64,000 bases of DNA from Azolla caroliniana (GCA_043228905.1 JBHGNT010000077.1:42707-106706), one strand, 5' to 3'. Counted from the stretch's first letter, positions 12,298 through 24,547 are shown. A program made the numbers and translations. Notes: generated by a model not told the origin, from the sequence alone.

Positions 12298-14801
12298 AGA
12301 TCACCACATGGAATGTGAGGGGATTGTGTTCTAGATTTAGAATGCATGAGGTTTGGAGGATTGTGTTAAGTGAGCAATGGGATGTTTTATGTGCAGTAGA
12401 GCATAAAGATCATCGAAATGCTGGTTTAATTAGTTATTCTAAGGGTTATACATTATTTATGCTGGCAAGGTTCATGGGGATTATTCTGGGATTGTCATGT
12501 TTATAAGAGATAAATTTCACCCAAAAGTAATTGTTTCAGATGAATTTGGAAGATTTATTGTGGTAGAGATATGTTATGAAGGGCAAGCTCTTTGGTTAGT
12601 TGGTGTGTATGCATCAAATGTTTCACAAGAACGAAAGTTGTTATGGAGATCTCTAAACTCAGTGCTTCATAATGGTAGACCGGGTTTATTGATGGGAGAT
12701 TTTAATGTTTGTTGTGAGACAGATCAATCAACATCTATCCACTCTATTATGGATGGACCAGAGGCTCAAGAATGGGGAGATTTTGAGACTGAAGTCATGT
12801 TAAGGGATGTATGGAAATGGATCAAGGGAGATGAACCTGGTTATACCTTTCAATTGGCTCAATATAAGGATACTTGGAGTAGGTTGGATCGAATGTATGT
12901 AATGCATACCGAAGGTTTTTTACCAGAGATTTTGGATATTTCAGTGTCTTATGGGTCAATTATATCAGATCATTTCCCATTAATTTTTGAGTTCAATCAC
13001 CACTCAATTAGAGGTTTTCATGAGTTTTTAGGAAAACCACCGTTGATTTTTAATTCATCATTTTTGGATCATGAGGTCTTCCATGCCTATATGTGTCAAT
13101 TGATTGATGCATTTGCCTATCGTGTTCAATTTGATGGGTATGAAGCGTGGGAAGTATTTGTTGCAAATGTTCAGAGGTTAACTAGATATTATGGAATTCA
13201 CCATGCTTTTAAAAGGAGAAAGAAATTAAGTCTCCTAGTTAATTTGCTTGATAAATGCAACTCATTGTTAACTTATTGGCCAACGGATGCAGAGTTGATG
13301 GGATATCAAGAGGTATTAATTTCTGCGATGCATGACCTAACGGCAAAAAATTATCAACATGCTAGACTACATCGTCTAAGACAAGAAGTGGATGATGCTA
13401 ATTGTCAATCACATAAGTTTTTCCATGACCTTCATGAATCACATGCACGACATAATGTGGTAAGGTTAGAGGAAAATGGTATCATGTGTTCCGATCCTCA
13501 AGAAATTGTGAAGAAATGCATAGAATATTATACACAATTGTTGGATGTACAAGTGTGTATCGATGATAATGTTAAAAAGGATAGAGATGTATTTTTTAAT
13601 GGAGTGAAAAATCATGTATTGCATGATGTGGCACAATCATTAGATGCTAATATTTCAGAGGATGAGGTGGAACATGTCATGTAACATCTTGCTAATGATA
13701 AGAGTCCTGGGTGGGATGGATTAACACATGAACTCTTTAAGAAATATGTGATTAAGTTAAAGGGGCCTTTTACGATTTTATTTCAGAAGGTGTGGACATC
13801 AGGGGAAATGCCTCATTCTTGGAAGATTCGTTTGATCAAGCTTTTGTCGAAGGAGCCTTCTCCATCTTCCTTTGCTCAATGGAGGCCTATTTCATTGATG
13901 GGGGGAATGTACAAGATTTTTGCGAAAGTGTAGGTTGCATAAGGTTTTACCTTCTATTATTCATAATGCTCAATATGGGTTTTTAGCAAAAAGAGACATT
14001 TTACATAATATTTTAAATGTTCAAATGGCAATTGACTATGCAAAGGAGTCTAAACAAGAATTAGTGTTGCTACAATTGGATATCGAGAAAGCCTATGATA
14101 ATGTGGATTGGTCATTTATAAATCAATTGATGTCTCATATGGGTTTTGGTGATCATATGTCTAAGTTGATATACACATTAGGGGAGGGTTCGGTTTCACA
14201 TGTGATGTTTAATGGAGGAGTAACCCAACCGATTTCTATTCGAAGGTCAGTTAGACAAGGATGCCCGATAAGTCCTTTACTATTCACTATTGTGACACAT
14301 CCTATTCTTGTTAAGTTACACAATATGGCTATGGGGGAAGAATTGCTTGGACTAAGGTTGCCATCAGGGAAGCCATGTATTGTTCAAGCTCTCGCAGATG
14401 ACCATATTATGTTTTTGGCACCTAATCGGGAAAATATTAGTAAGACAAGAGATGTGTGGGAATTGTTTTCAAATGCTTCAGGGTTGAGAATTAATATACA
14501 TAAATCTGTCCTCATTTCATGTACAGAACAAGATGTGTTAGGGTTGGGGTGGTCAGGAAGGATAGTACATTGTGGTATGATTTGTCGTCATCTTGGATAT
14601 CCAATTGGGGTGGAAGTTTCTGATGTGAAACTTATTGAGTGGGTTTCCAAAAGGTTGGAGGATAAGTTTATGTATTGGAGGTCTCAATTTTGGCCTTTTC
14701 ATGTACGACTTAAGGTGGTCCAATCGATTATGGTCTCTATGGTATCTTATTATCTTCCTTTGCTCCCATGGTCAAAGAAAGCTCTTGAAATGTTGTCACG
14801 C
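12294..14801 (+). pseudogene. LINE-a ORF2 5' part: APE endonuclease and reverse transcriptase, disrupted
   Basis: MKITTWNVRG, GDFN, SRLDR, SDHFP, KSPG.DG, WRPISL, LDIEKAYD, VRQGCPISP, LADD; several stops and frameshifts. Confidence 0.92.
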
Positions 14802-15492
14802 TGTCGTGAAGAAAACCATCCCCAAGCGCAAACCGTGTATAGTGTGTGTGAACCGTCCCTTTCACATGGGCACGTCCCTTGTTGTACGGTGGATGGGTAG
14901 GCACAAAAGTTAAATCCTAGGTAGCAATATTCTGTAAGGGAAATCGAGGAGTATCTCTGTCCGAAAGGACAGAGAGTTAATGTGATGTAAACGGGTGAGA
15001 CGGCCTCCCTCCTTGAGCTATAAAAGAGAGGGAGACGGGGAGGAAAGGGGATCGCGCACTAGAGGGAACGAAGTGCTGTCGGACTGGGACCGAGCTCTTC
15101 TTCTCTATCGTTCTCCATAGCCTTCTTTTGCACAGGCTCTCAGGAGGCTGATTCTGCTCCGTGGAACGCCCGTGTGCTTCCGGCAGAATCTCCATCGTGC
15201 TCTTCTGTTTGTGTGAATGAACAAGCTTCGGTGTTCGCCTTGCCGTCCTGTTAGTTGTAACCGTCTCGATATATATACTTATATTAATATACATACGTGT
15301 TCATATACTCGGACTTCTAGTCGTTTCGTTTTGCTGTGTTGTTGGACTGTGATTCCTATGTGCTCCCGTGTCTGTGCGTGTGTAAGAGCGTCCGTTGCCT
15401 TTCTGCTCTCCTCCTTCTCAGCTATTTCTCGGTCCAAGACCCCGGTGGTCCCGCCTTGTTCCCCACACACGCGCATAACAACGCGACATATT

Positions 15493-15509
15493 TGGTGAAC
15501 CCGACATGA
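15493..15509 (+). promoter_or_regulatory. Primer-binding site complementary to the 3' end of plant tRNA-Trp
   Basis: TGGTGAACCCGACATGA versus the recalled tRNA-Trp end ...UCACGUCGGGUUCACCA (16/17). Equivalent sites at 16336 (B), 35173 minus (D) and 59638 minus (E). Confidence 0.8.
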
Positions 15510-16368
15510 ACAGGCGACAGAGGAATAGAAGATGAGGGGGTCGGACCTTGCAGAAGCCATGGCTTCGGCCGTAGACCGTATAGTGAGTGCGCGATGTCGT
15601 GAAGAATTTCGGCCAGAGGTGGAAACGGGGAAACATTGGCTACCTCGGCGGGGTGCAGCATGTATATTTAGTGTGAATATCGAGGGCGCCTTTATGGCGC
15701 CAAAGAGTAGTCAAGTCGAGACAGACGATCCCATGTAAGTCGGGATTTGTCCCACATTGTAACGCATCTCTTTCCTTGTTCTATAAAAGGAAGGGAACGC
15801 CCTTTGCGTAAGGGTTGCCCATTTTGCATTAGAGGGTATACCGTTAGGTTTAGAGTTAGGTTTCTTCTCCTTCTTCTCCCCCCCTTCGTGTTTGCTTAGG
15901 GTTTGCTTTGGTTCGGCCTCCTGTGCAAGACCCCGCTTGGCGCGACGAGCGGAGAGCTCCCCGACGACGGCTTGGCAGCTGACGACTACTGTAACCTACC
16001 TTGGACCGGCTCGAAGGCGGGAATGTATTCTTCTTTATATATATGTACCTTTGCGTCTGTCTGTGTATATCCGCATCTCTGTTGGTGTCGGGTGCTCCCC
16101 CTTCCCTACGTTTCCTGTACATAAGGGCGTGAGTCGGGTCAGGCTGTGTGTGCGTGTGTGTGCGTGAGTCAGTGTTAAGCACGCTCTCTCTCTCTCTCTC
16201 TTTGGTTGCTTCCGGAGTGTCCCCGGGATGCCCCAGAAACAGTGAAGCACGACTTCCTACGCTCCATCACTCCCTAGTCCAAGACCCCCGTGGTCCCGCC
16301 TTTCTCCACGCACGCGCATAACAACGCGACATCTTTGGTGAACCCGACATGAAAGGCGGCAAGGGAGG

Positions 16369-17805
16369 ATGGAGTCGGAAGACGACGACCTTGCGGAGAT
16401 GGTGGCCGAAGTGGTGTTGGAGTCGGCGCGAGTGGTGATGAGGCGAGAAGCAGCACAACAGGCGGTTGAGCGAGTGGTCGAAAGAGTCAGTCGTTTCAAT
16501 AGGGAGAAAGTCCCATCTTACTTGGAAGCCTACAACGCGGAAATGGAGGGGCGTGGTGTAGACGAGGCGTTGAGGCTGGAGTTCTTCTGTCGAGTCGTGG
16601 CTGTCTGGATGCATGCGGAAGTAAAGGAGCTCCGTGAGGCTCATAGTTCGTGGGAGGCCTTCGAAGAGGCACTCCTGAAGGCATACGGAGGACAGCAGAA
16701 GAGCCAGGGACGACACGACTTTGACTAGTGGGTAGCATCGTCAAAGACCCACCGGGGCGCGACCAAGGCGTTCCGAGAGTTCGAGTGACGACTTGCTCGG
16801 CTCCCAGAGCGGGAACAAGGTTTGGTGGGGGCGGACAAAGTCCTTTTGTTCGTCAGGTCGATCGACCGAGCGGAACGGGAAGCCATCGGGATTGAGCTCG
16901 AAGACGATGATGGAGCAAATGGGCTTATGGAGGACTGGTCGAAGGTCGGAAGGGTGTGCCAACGGCTAGATGATGAGCGAGCCGAGAAGGCTAAGAGGAA
17001 GGGACGCGACGGCGTGCCATCACAGCGGGAAGAGGCCGAACGACAAAGAGAGTCGGCAAGGGTCGGCGTTGGGGCCAGGATTGCAGAGGCTTACCCAGCT
17101 CTCAAAGCGATGCTCGAGGAAGAGGGAAGATCGAGGCCGGAAGCCGAGACCGAGGAGATGGACTTGCCCCACGCGATGACGGAAGATCGGTACGACGGTA
17201 CGACGGGAGAGGGTGCGGAACAAAACGCCCTCTCGACTTGCGGAGATAGAACGGCCAAGGTCGAGGCCGAGATACAGATCATGGAACCGGAACGTTGGGA
17301 CCAACGGTTTCAGGCGTGTCAGCCCAAGATCCCGGTCATTGAAGAAGCAAGCCCAGACGGGGCTTGCGCGATCGGTAAGAAGACGACCGCCGACCACGAA
17401 GAGTCGGTGGCTACGGACAAGGGCGTAAAACGGACGGGCGATTCTTTGTTTCTTCCCACACTTGCTCCCGAGACGATGGCAGTCGGGCCCGAGTACCCAC
17501 GTGAGTCCCAAGCGGAGGAAGGCGGCAAAGGGCCAAGAATCACCGGCGAGACGATTCAAGGAAGGAGCGGACGAAAGCCCACGGACCTGATTCCGGAGAA
17601 CTTGGCATTCGGGCCGGTATGCCCATGTAAGACCGAGGAGATGGATGGCAGTACCGAGGAGTCCTGGCACGATGCCAACGAAGATGGATGGGGAACGGCC
17701 TGTGAGGAGGCCAAGGACGGACGCGACACGAGGAGATCGGCATTCCGATACGCGTGGAGCATGATCCAGTCGTGGATTGTTCGATCGGGGCCGGACTCGG
17801 CATAA
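16369..17805 (+). pseudogene. Divergent Gag capsid-like ORF of B with acidic low-complexity tail, two in-frame stops
   Basis: RFN...SYL.AY.AEM, WEAFE..LL..YG, AFREFE, VLLFVRSID and DW..V.RVC align by eye to the A/D Gag. No zinc knuckle seen. Confidence 0.75.
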
Positions 17806-18213
17806 AGGTGCCGATACGGGAGAGGGTGCGGGACGAGCCGCCCTCTTTTACATGGGGAGAAAGACCGACCGGGCGAAGGTCGAGATTTGGAAGGAGAATG
17901 CAAGCCGGTCTTATGGGATTCCTTACACCAATCCGGCTGCAGGCCCGAGTGCCGACGTGAGTCCTATAAGAGAGATCGGTGGCGACAGGAGAACGGGATT
18001 CGGCAATCCGGAGAAGGACGAATGGACCCGGATGAGAACCGGGCGGAGCAGACTCCCGGATGACTATTCCAGGAGGGAGGAAGAGAGCAGGCCTACGAAG
18101 AGGCCGAGGACACGGTACGTCGGTACCACGGGAGAGGGTGCGGAACAAAACGCCCTCTCGGCATGCGGAAAAGGACGACCCGGGACAGGGTCGAGAAGGC
18201 GACGAACGCCCGA

Positions 18214-18549
18214 GGAGGATCCTTCACACCGGTTCTAGAGACTTCGGCAGTCGGCAACGCAGTCGACATAAGAACAAGATACTGACGGTGGCGGCGAGGT
18301 GACGAAGGCAAGGGCTACGGATGGGCGGTCTACGGAGGATCCTTCACACTGGTTCTAGAGACTTCGGCAGTCGACAACGCGGTCAACATAAGACCAAGAT
18401 ACTGACGGTGGCGGCGAGGTGACGAAGGCAAGGGCTACGGATGGGCGGTCTACGGAGGATCCTTCACACCGGTTCTAGAGACTTCGGCAGTCGGCAACGC
18501 GGTCGACATAAGACCAAGATACTGACGGTGGCGGCGAGGTGACGAAGGC
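18214..18549 (+). repeat. 120-bp tandem repeat, ~2.8 copies, inside B
   Basis: Units start GGAGGATCCTTCACAC at 18214, 18334 and 18454. Confidence 0.95.
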
Positions 18550-19475
18550 TATGGGCGTAAGGAAGTCCGGTCCTACGGGATCCCCACACCAACTAGAGAC
18601 TCCGGCTGATCGGCCAACGTGGCAACGTAAGACCGAGGGAGAAGGAAGGTGGCGGCGGGAAACGGGACCCGACTACGCGGAAGACACGAGGAGAGTCCGA
18701 GAGGGACTCAAACAAAGACACCTGAGTTTCGGCAAGCATAGAAACGGAGTCCGGTCCTATGGGACCCTCACACCGATCCGGAGACTCCGGCTGTTCGGCC
18801 AACGTGGCAATGTAAGACCGAGGGAGAAGGACGGTGGCGGTAGGGAACAAGACCCGACGACACAAGGGAGGTGCCAGGAACGAGGTGACCAAGTGCCTAG
18901 TGGACTGCACAAGGTCGGAGTCAAGGAATGGCAAGAGAGGCCGGAGGAGGATCCTCCACACTCGCTTCGTAGATCTCGGTAGCTCCGTTGAAGTAGCGAA
19001 GACTGACATGGCAAGCCTAGGGTGACAAGCTGGTGGGGGCGAGGGGACGACGGCAAGCGGAAGACTCAGGACTTATCGTGGCAACACGAAGACGGGAAGG
19101 GCCAAGCGGGCTATTACGGGGTGTTCCTCGGATGCAAAGGACGCCGGTATGCGGGTAAACGACGATGCACGATCTGGCCAAAAAGGGGGCCGACGGGGCG
19201 TGCAATAAACCGGAGTGCGACATGGGCGGTGCCAAACAACGGGCGAGGGTACATGGCACACGGAGGTGCCGAAGCGGAAAGGCGAGCGCGGAGATAGGTT
19301 GCGCGATTCGGAGGTAGCGCGGGGAAGGCCGGAAAGGGATCCTCCATGTCAGGAACTCTATTAAGGCAGAGAAGGAATTAGTACTAAAAGAAGGATTAGT
19401 ACTATTGTTGGGGAATAGTACTAAGACAGAGAAGGATTAGTACTATGAGAGGTGTCGAACTTTGAGAGAAGGAAT

Positions 19476-19511
<36 letters not shown>

Positions 19512-19793
19512 TGATGCGAAAGATATATGTATTATATGACGGAAGATATACAACAGTAGTTAGAAGGCTTAAGACTGGCGTTGAACCGATTTGGTTCGAA
19601 CTAATGCCTTGCGCCTCCTTTTATAGTGTCTTCAGGAATACTCCTGAAGTTTCTAGAATGTTCCAGAGAAATCTGGAATATACATCAATTTCCCAATAAA
19701 ACCTAAATGAAAATAATATCCTTCAAATTACAATTCATACCCTAATGGTAAAGTCTCGACCCGTGTAACAAAAGGTTATGGGTTCGAGTCTAG

Positions 19794-22700
19794 TTATGAC
19801 ACTATCCCCCCTTTAAAACGACGAGTTTCACGAGTCGTTTTGGATTGAGGACCCGGTTTCTCGGGATATCGTCGATGGAAGTCTTCTAGAAGAGCACGAG
19901 CATTGGTCACATTCTCGATCGGTTCCCAAGTACGCTCGCTGGGACTATATCCTAGCCAATCGACTAGATAGTAGAGCTTGTTGCGAACAATCTTGGAATC
20001 GAGGATGGCAACGACCTCATACTCAGGTCCATCTTCGAGCTCGATAGGAGGTGGAGGTTGTATAGTACGTCCTGGGATAGTGCTCTCGTGATAGGGTTCG
20101 AGGAGAGAACTATGAAACACCGGGTGTATCCGAAGTTGCGGAGGTAGCTCGAGACGAAAAGCGACATCATTAATCTTCCCGATAATACGGAAAGGACCTA
20201 ATCGCCGATAATCCAACTTCTCACATGGGCGAGTAGTCTTGATGTGTCGTCGTAGCAACCACACCCGATCTCCAATGTTAAAACTGGATGGAAGTCGATG
20301 ACGATCTGCGTAGTCCTTGTGTGATTGTTGAGCTTGCTGGAGTTGAGTAGATAAATCCGCTTGTATCTTGCGTAACCGCTCCAAACGATCCTCCGCGCAA
20401 GGATTTGTGGACACTTCTGGGGTTTCAAGGACACACCACCGGGGATGATATCCCGTATAAGCGTAGAATGGCGTGACTTTAGTCGATGCGTGGATAGCGT
20501 TATTATAGGCAAATTCGGCGAACTGAAGAATATCTGCCCAGTCATTCTGATGATAGTTGAGAAAGCACCGCAGATACTGCTCCAGTGTTTGATTTGTTCG
20601 TTCGGCTTGACCGTCGGTTTGTGGGTGGTAGCCGGAGGAGAGGTTACAAGTGACCTTCAACATTTTAAAAAGGTGCTTCCAGAATTTTGACACAAACTGG
20701 GGTCCACGATCGCTGATGATATTATCAGGGAGTCCATGATGCCGACATACTTCCCGCATGACAATTTCGGCGGTGTCTTCACTAGATATTTCTTTAGTAC
20801 ATGGTAAGAAATGAGCCATCTTCGTATATCGATCCACCACTGTGAGAATCGCACTGAATCCCTTAGAGACTGGAAGATCTGTAATGAAGTCAAGAGCAAT
20901 GGATTGCCATGGCTTGCTTGGAATTGGTAATGGTTCTAATAAACCATAGGGATGATGTCTTGGCATTTTCGCTCTGCAACATGTATCGCAAGTCCGAACA
21001 AAATCTTCGACAAATTGTCGCATACGGGGCCACCAGAATGATCGTTGTACTAAATCTAATGTTTTAGTACTACCAAAATGTCCTGCTGTATATGTGTCAT
21101 GGCAGTTTTGTACTACTCGAAGGCGGCAAGAACCATTAGGAACATACAAAAGTTCTTTAAAGAAGAGTAATCCATCACAGTATTTGAATTGCCGATAATC
21201 CGTACCTGGTGATTGTGATTGTGAACATGACGCTCGAGAGGGGTCAATTTGTGCTAGTATAGCTTGGGCGAAAGCGTCAGTCTTCAAGTCCTCACGTATA
21301 GTATTGGTAATGTCGGAATCCACGGGCATGTCAAAGACCTGTGCTGCTTGCAGTCGTGCTGGACCCAAGATTACTTGCTTCTGGTTATCGAAAGCTGGCT
21401 CACCGGGACGTGGTGTTAGATACGAACGCCGTGATAATGCATCTGCCTTCCCTTGGTGCTTCCCCGGACGATATGTAATTTTGAAGTCGAAGCGTGTGAG
21501 GAAGTGGGCCCACCGAGCTTGACGTCGATTCAGTACACGAGCATCTTGAAAGTAGGCAAGGTTCTTGTGGTCACTGAATACAGTGACCTGATGAGGAGAT
21601 CCCTCCAGGAAATGCCTCCATTGCATAAAAGAATCAACTATTGCTAATAGCTCTTTATCATGAATTTCGTAGTTGATTTCGGCGGCGTCAAACTTACGGG
21701 AGTGGAAAGCCACAGGATGTAGCTTCTCGTCGTTACCCTGTTGTGACAGAATGCTCCCCAATGCGAAATCCGATGCATCAGCTTCGATAATGAATGGTTT
21801 TTCCGGATCCACATGACCTAAAATTGGAGCTGATGTAAACGCCTTCTTAAGACTCTCGAAAGCCATGTCCGTCTCTTTAGACCAAATGAATGATTGTCCC
21901 TTCCTGGTGAGCTGTGTGAGAGGCATCACAATTTTTGAGTAATTTTGTATGAACTTCCGGTAGAAATTTGCAAAGCCTAGGAAGCATTGCACATCCCGCA
22001 CCGAACGCGGAGTGTGCCATTCTATCACCGTTTTGACCTTGGCTGGGTCCATAGATATGCCTTCTGAGGAGATGACATAGCCGAGAAACTCCACTTGGTT
22101 GCACCCGAAACTACATTTCTCTAACTTTGCATACAGACCATGTTCTCGAAGTCGTTTTAGTACTAATAGTACATGAGAATCATGTTCTTCTTGGGTCTTT
22201 GAATAAACCAGTAGATCATCCAAATAGATGATCAAAAAATCATCCAAGAGATCTCGAAATATATCATTCGCCATGTGCTGGAAGACTGCCGGCGCATTAG
22301 TGAGTCCGAACGGCATGACCGTATACTCGAAGTGCCCATATCTGGTGCGAAACGCGGTCTTCCATTCATCTCCTGGTCGGATCCGTACGAGGTTATAGGC
22401 TCCTCGTAAGTCTATCTTCGTGAAGAACCTGGCACCGTTGATCCGTTCTAAAAGACTTGAGATAAGGGGAAGAGCATACCTATTTCTTACTGTGACCTTA
22501 TTCAAGCCACGGTAATCTACAACGAGTCGAAGCGAGCCATCTTTTTTCTTGACGAAGAAAATGGGTGCGCCGGCTGGAGATTTCGAATGCCGAATGAAAC
22601 CGTTCTCCAAATTCTCCTCTATATAGGCTCGAAGGACTTCTAGCTCGGTTGGTGACAAATTGTAGATCGGCCCCCATGGCGGCTCTTTTCCCGGTTGTAA

Positions 22701-23390
22701 GTCGATGGCGCAGTCGTACGGCCGATGATGAGGAAGTGTGTTGGCTTGTACTTTATCGAACACATCAGCATACTGACGATACTTCTCGGGAAGTTGAACG
22801 GTGGACTCCTCTTTGGTGGTGCTGGAGGGTTGTACTGATATTGCAAAGAGAAACATTTCCTCCTTGCGCCCTTCCTCACGCAACTGACGTAGCGAAATGG
22901 TTGCAACCTTCTGGGTAGATCCTTGGGTTTGTCGCAACCGGATTTCCCTTGTCCTCCAATCTATGTCTGGGTCATGTAACTCGAACCATGGTAATCCTAA
23001 AACTATGGGATGTTCTGGAATACTAATAATATTAAATGATACTACACATGTTAAGTTATCTAGGACAATATTAACGGGTTCCGACTCTTCTATGATATTA
23101 CCAGAAGCAATGGGACGACCATCAATGACTACTACTGAGGCTGGACATGGGAGCTTTCTGAGAGATATCTGATGAGCTCGGGCAAAATTCCTATCCATGA
23201 AGCAAGAATTAGCTCCGGAATCTAGAAGGGCTAAGGTATGTACTGGAGGGGTACTTTTAGTACTAACTGCTACTTGGGCTACGAACACATCACTAACTTG
23301 CTTAGAGGGAATGGAACCACTAATGGGCTGCACAGATCTAGGGCTGTCCAACCAAACGGCTCCTATTTTGGCTGGACTTAGTCGTTTAAC
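19794..23390 (-). CDS. pol: G Pol: PR-RT-RH-INT-chromodomain, in the -1 frame relative to gag
   Basis: Open ORF with LLDSGA, YLDD, EADASD, H..H/C..C, DFITD, SDRG, TDGQAER, GPF and YEVVAILDSK...YYLVDW.GY...TWEP. Confidence 0.95.
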   Translation of the reverse strand, partial: VKRLSPAKIGAVWLDSPRSVQPISGSIPSKQVSDVFVAQVAVSTKSTPPVHTLALLDSGANSCFMDRNFARAHQISLRKLPCPASVVVIDGRPIASGNIIEESEPVNIVLDNLTCVVSFNIISIPEHPIVLGLPWFELHDPDIDWRTREIRLRQTQGSTQKVATISLRQLREEGRKEEMFLFAISVQPSSTTKEESTVQLPEKYRQYADVFDKVQANTLPHHRPYDCAIDLQPGKEPPWGPIYNLSPTELEVLRAYIEENLENGFIRHSKSPAGAPIFFVKKKDGSLRLVVDYRGLNKVTVRNRYALPLISSLLERINGARFFTKIDLRGAYNLVRIRPGDEWKTAFRTRYGHFEYTVMPFGLTNAPAVFQHMANDIFRDLLDDFLIIYLDDLLVYSKTQEEHDSHVLLVLKRLREHGLYAKLEKCSFGCNQVEFLGYVISSEGISMDPAKVKTVIEWHTPRSVRDVQCFLGFANFYRKFIQNYSKIVMPLTQLTRKGQSFIWSKETDMAFESLKKAFTSAPILGHVDPEKPFIIEADASDFALGSILSQQGNDEKLHPVAFHSRKFDAAEINYEIHDKELLAIVDSFMQWRHFLEGSPHQVTVFSDHKNLAYFQDARVLNRRQARWAHFLTRFDFKITYRPGKHQGKADALSRRSYLTPRPGEPAFDNQKQVILGPARLQAAQVFDMPVDSDITNTIREDLKTDAFAQAILAQIDPSRASCSQSQSPGTDYRQFKYCDGLLFFKELLYVPNGSCRLRVVQNCHDTYTAGHFGSTKTLDLVQRSFWWPRMRQFVEDFVRTCDTCCRAKMPRHHPYGLLEPLPIPSKPWQSIALDFITDLPVSKGFSAILTVVDRYTKMAHFLPCTKEISSEDTAEIVMREVCRHHGLPDNIISDRGPQFVSKFWKHLFKMLKVTCNLSSGYHPQTDGQAERTNQTLEQYLRCFLNYHQNDWADILQFAEFAYNNAIHASTKVTPFYAYTGYHPRWCVLETPEVSTNPCAEDRLERLRKIQADLSTQLQQAQQSHKDYADRHRLPSSFNIGDRVWLLRRHIKTTRPCEKLDYRRLGPFRIIGKINDVAFRLELPPQLRIHPVFHSSLLEPYHESTIPGRTIQPPPPIELEDGPEYEVVAILDSKIVRNKLYYLVDWLGYSPSERTWEPIENVTNARALLEDFHRRYPEKPGPQSKTTRETRRFKGGIVS

Positions 23391-24547
23391 TCTTCTTCTA
23401 ATTGGCTAAGGACATCAAATTTGTTTGCGAGATTCAGACTATTAGTACTATTAGGACTATTATGACTATGAGGATTATCAGAGATTCCTACTGAAATAGA
23501 CTCGGGTTTAGTATAGTCAGAACTAACAATGACTTGGTTTACCTGCCTTCTTGGTCTATGGGGACAGTTTATCGCGATATGCCCTGGTCCACCGCAATAA
23601 AGGCATAATCGGTTTGTTCGGCGTCGTTGCTTTTCCTCCTCCGATAGCGGCCCACGACGACGTGTAGTGTCAATTTCCATTGGAGTTGGAGTACTTACTG
23701 GAGGCGCATTATGTGACTCCCTTTGAAAAGGTTTCGCTACCACTGAGGCATAGGTAGGCTCGGATCTTGCCCTCGGCATCTGAAATTGTCGTTCCGAACG
23801 TCGCTCGAAGAGGCGGTTGTCACATCTGACCGCTCGACTGATTGCTTCTGTTAATGATTTTGGCTCTTCAGGGAAAGTCAAGAGTAAATCCTTGACATCG
23901 TTGCGTAGACCATAGCGGAACTGCTCCATCAATGCTTGATCATCCCAGGGGATATCGGCGGCGAGTAGGCGGAAATCTGCAGCATATGCGGAGGCTGGAC
24001 GGTCACCTTGGCGTAATCGCCGGATTTTGTTGATTGCAGTCCTTATGCTGTCAGTATCTCCAAAACATGCTTTAAACTCACTTATGAATTCTTCAAAATT
24101 ATTTAGTACTGGAGATTCCTTTTCTAGTAGCGGAGCGAACCATGCTAATGCTGAGCCATTTAACAACGTGCCTACTAAACCCACTCGTGATGCATCGGTG
24201 GGATATCGGGACGGATGCATTTGAATAACTAACCGTACCTGGTTAAGAAACCCTCTAAACTGCGATCGCGTTCCATCGAACTTCGTGGGAAGGCCAATCT
24301 TGGGTTCTTTATGAATCCCTTGTGCTCCGTGCCCTTGTTGTTGCATTGCTACGATGGTTGCTTCGAGTTGTTGCACGCGTAACGCAAGTTCCCCATGCTG
24401 TTGTTGCGTTTGCTGCTTTTCTAAGGAAATTTGCTGAAGATCCCCCAACAAGCGTTGATTTTCTTGTTCCAAAGCATGAAACTTCTCTTTCAAGCATTGA
24501 AATTCCGAGAAAACGGATTGATACTCTTCAGCGCTAACGGTGGCCAT
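23378..24547 (-). CDS. gag: G Gag (coiled coil, retrotransposon capsid, CCHC knuckle)
   Basis: Open 389-aa ORF with PTKFDG, FRYGL and CLYCGGPGHIAINC. Confidence 0.93.
   Translation of the reverse strand: MATVSAEEYQSVFSEFQCLKEKFHALEQENQRLLGDLQQISLEKQQTQQQHGELALRVQQLEATIVAMQQQGHGAQGIHKEPKIGLPTKFDGTRSQFRGFLNQVRLVIQMHPSRYPTDASRVGLVGTLLNGSALAWFAPLLEKESPVLNNFEEFISEFKACFGDTDSIRTAINKIRRLRQGDRPASAYAADFRLLAADIPWDDQALMEQFRYGLRNDVKDLLLTFPEEPKSLTEAISRAVRCDNRLFERRSERQFQMPRARSEPTYASVVAKPFQRESHNAPPVSTPTPMEIDTTRRRGPLSEEEKQRRRTNRLCLYCGGPGHIAINCPHRPRRQVNQVIVSSDYTKPESISVGISDNPHSHNSPNSTNSLNLANKFDVLSQLEEELND

Noticed and set aside
18214-18549. Regular repeats as a CRISPR array
   Set aside because: Whole 120-bp units repeat with no unique spacers, no cas genes are present, and the context is a eukaryotic retroelement.
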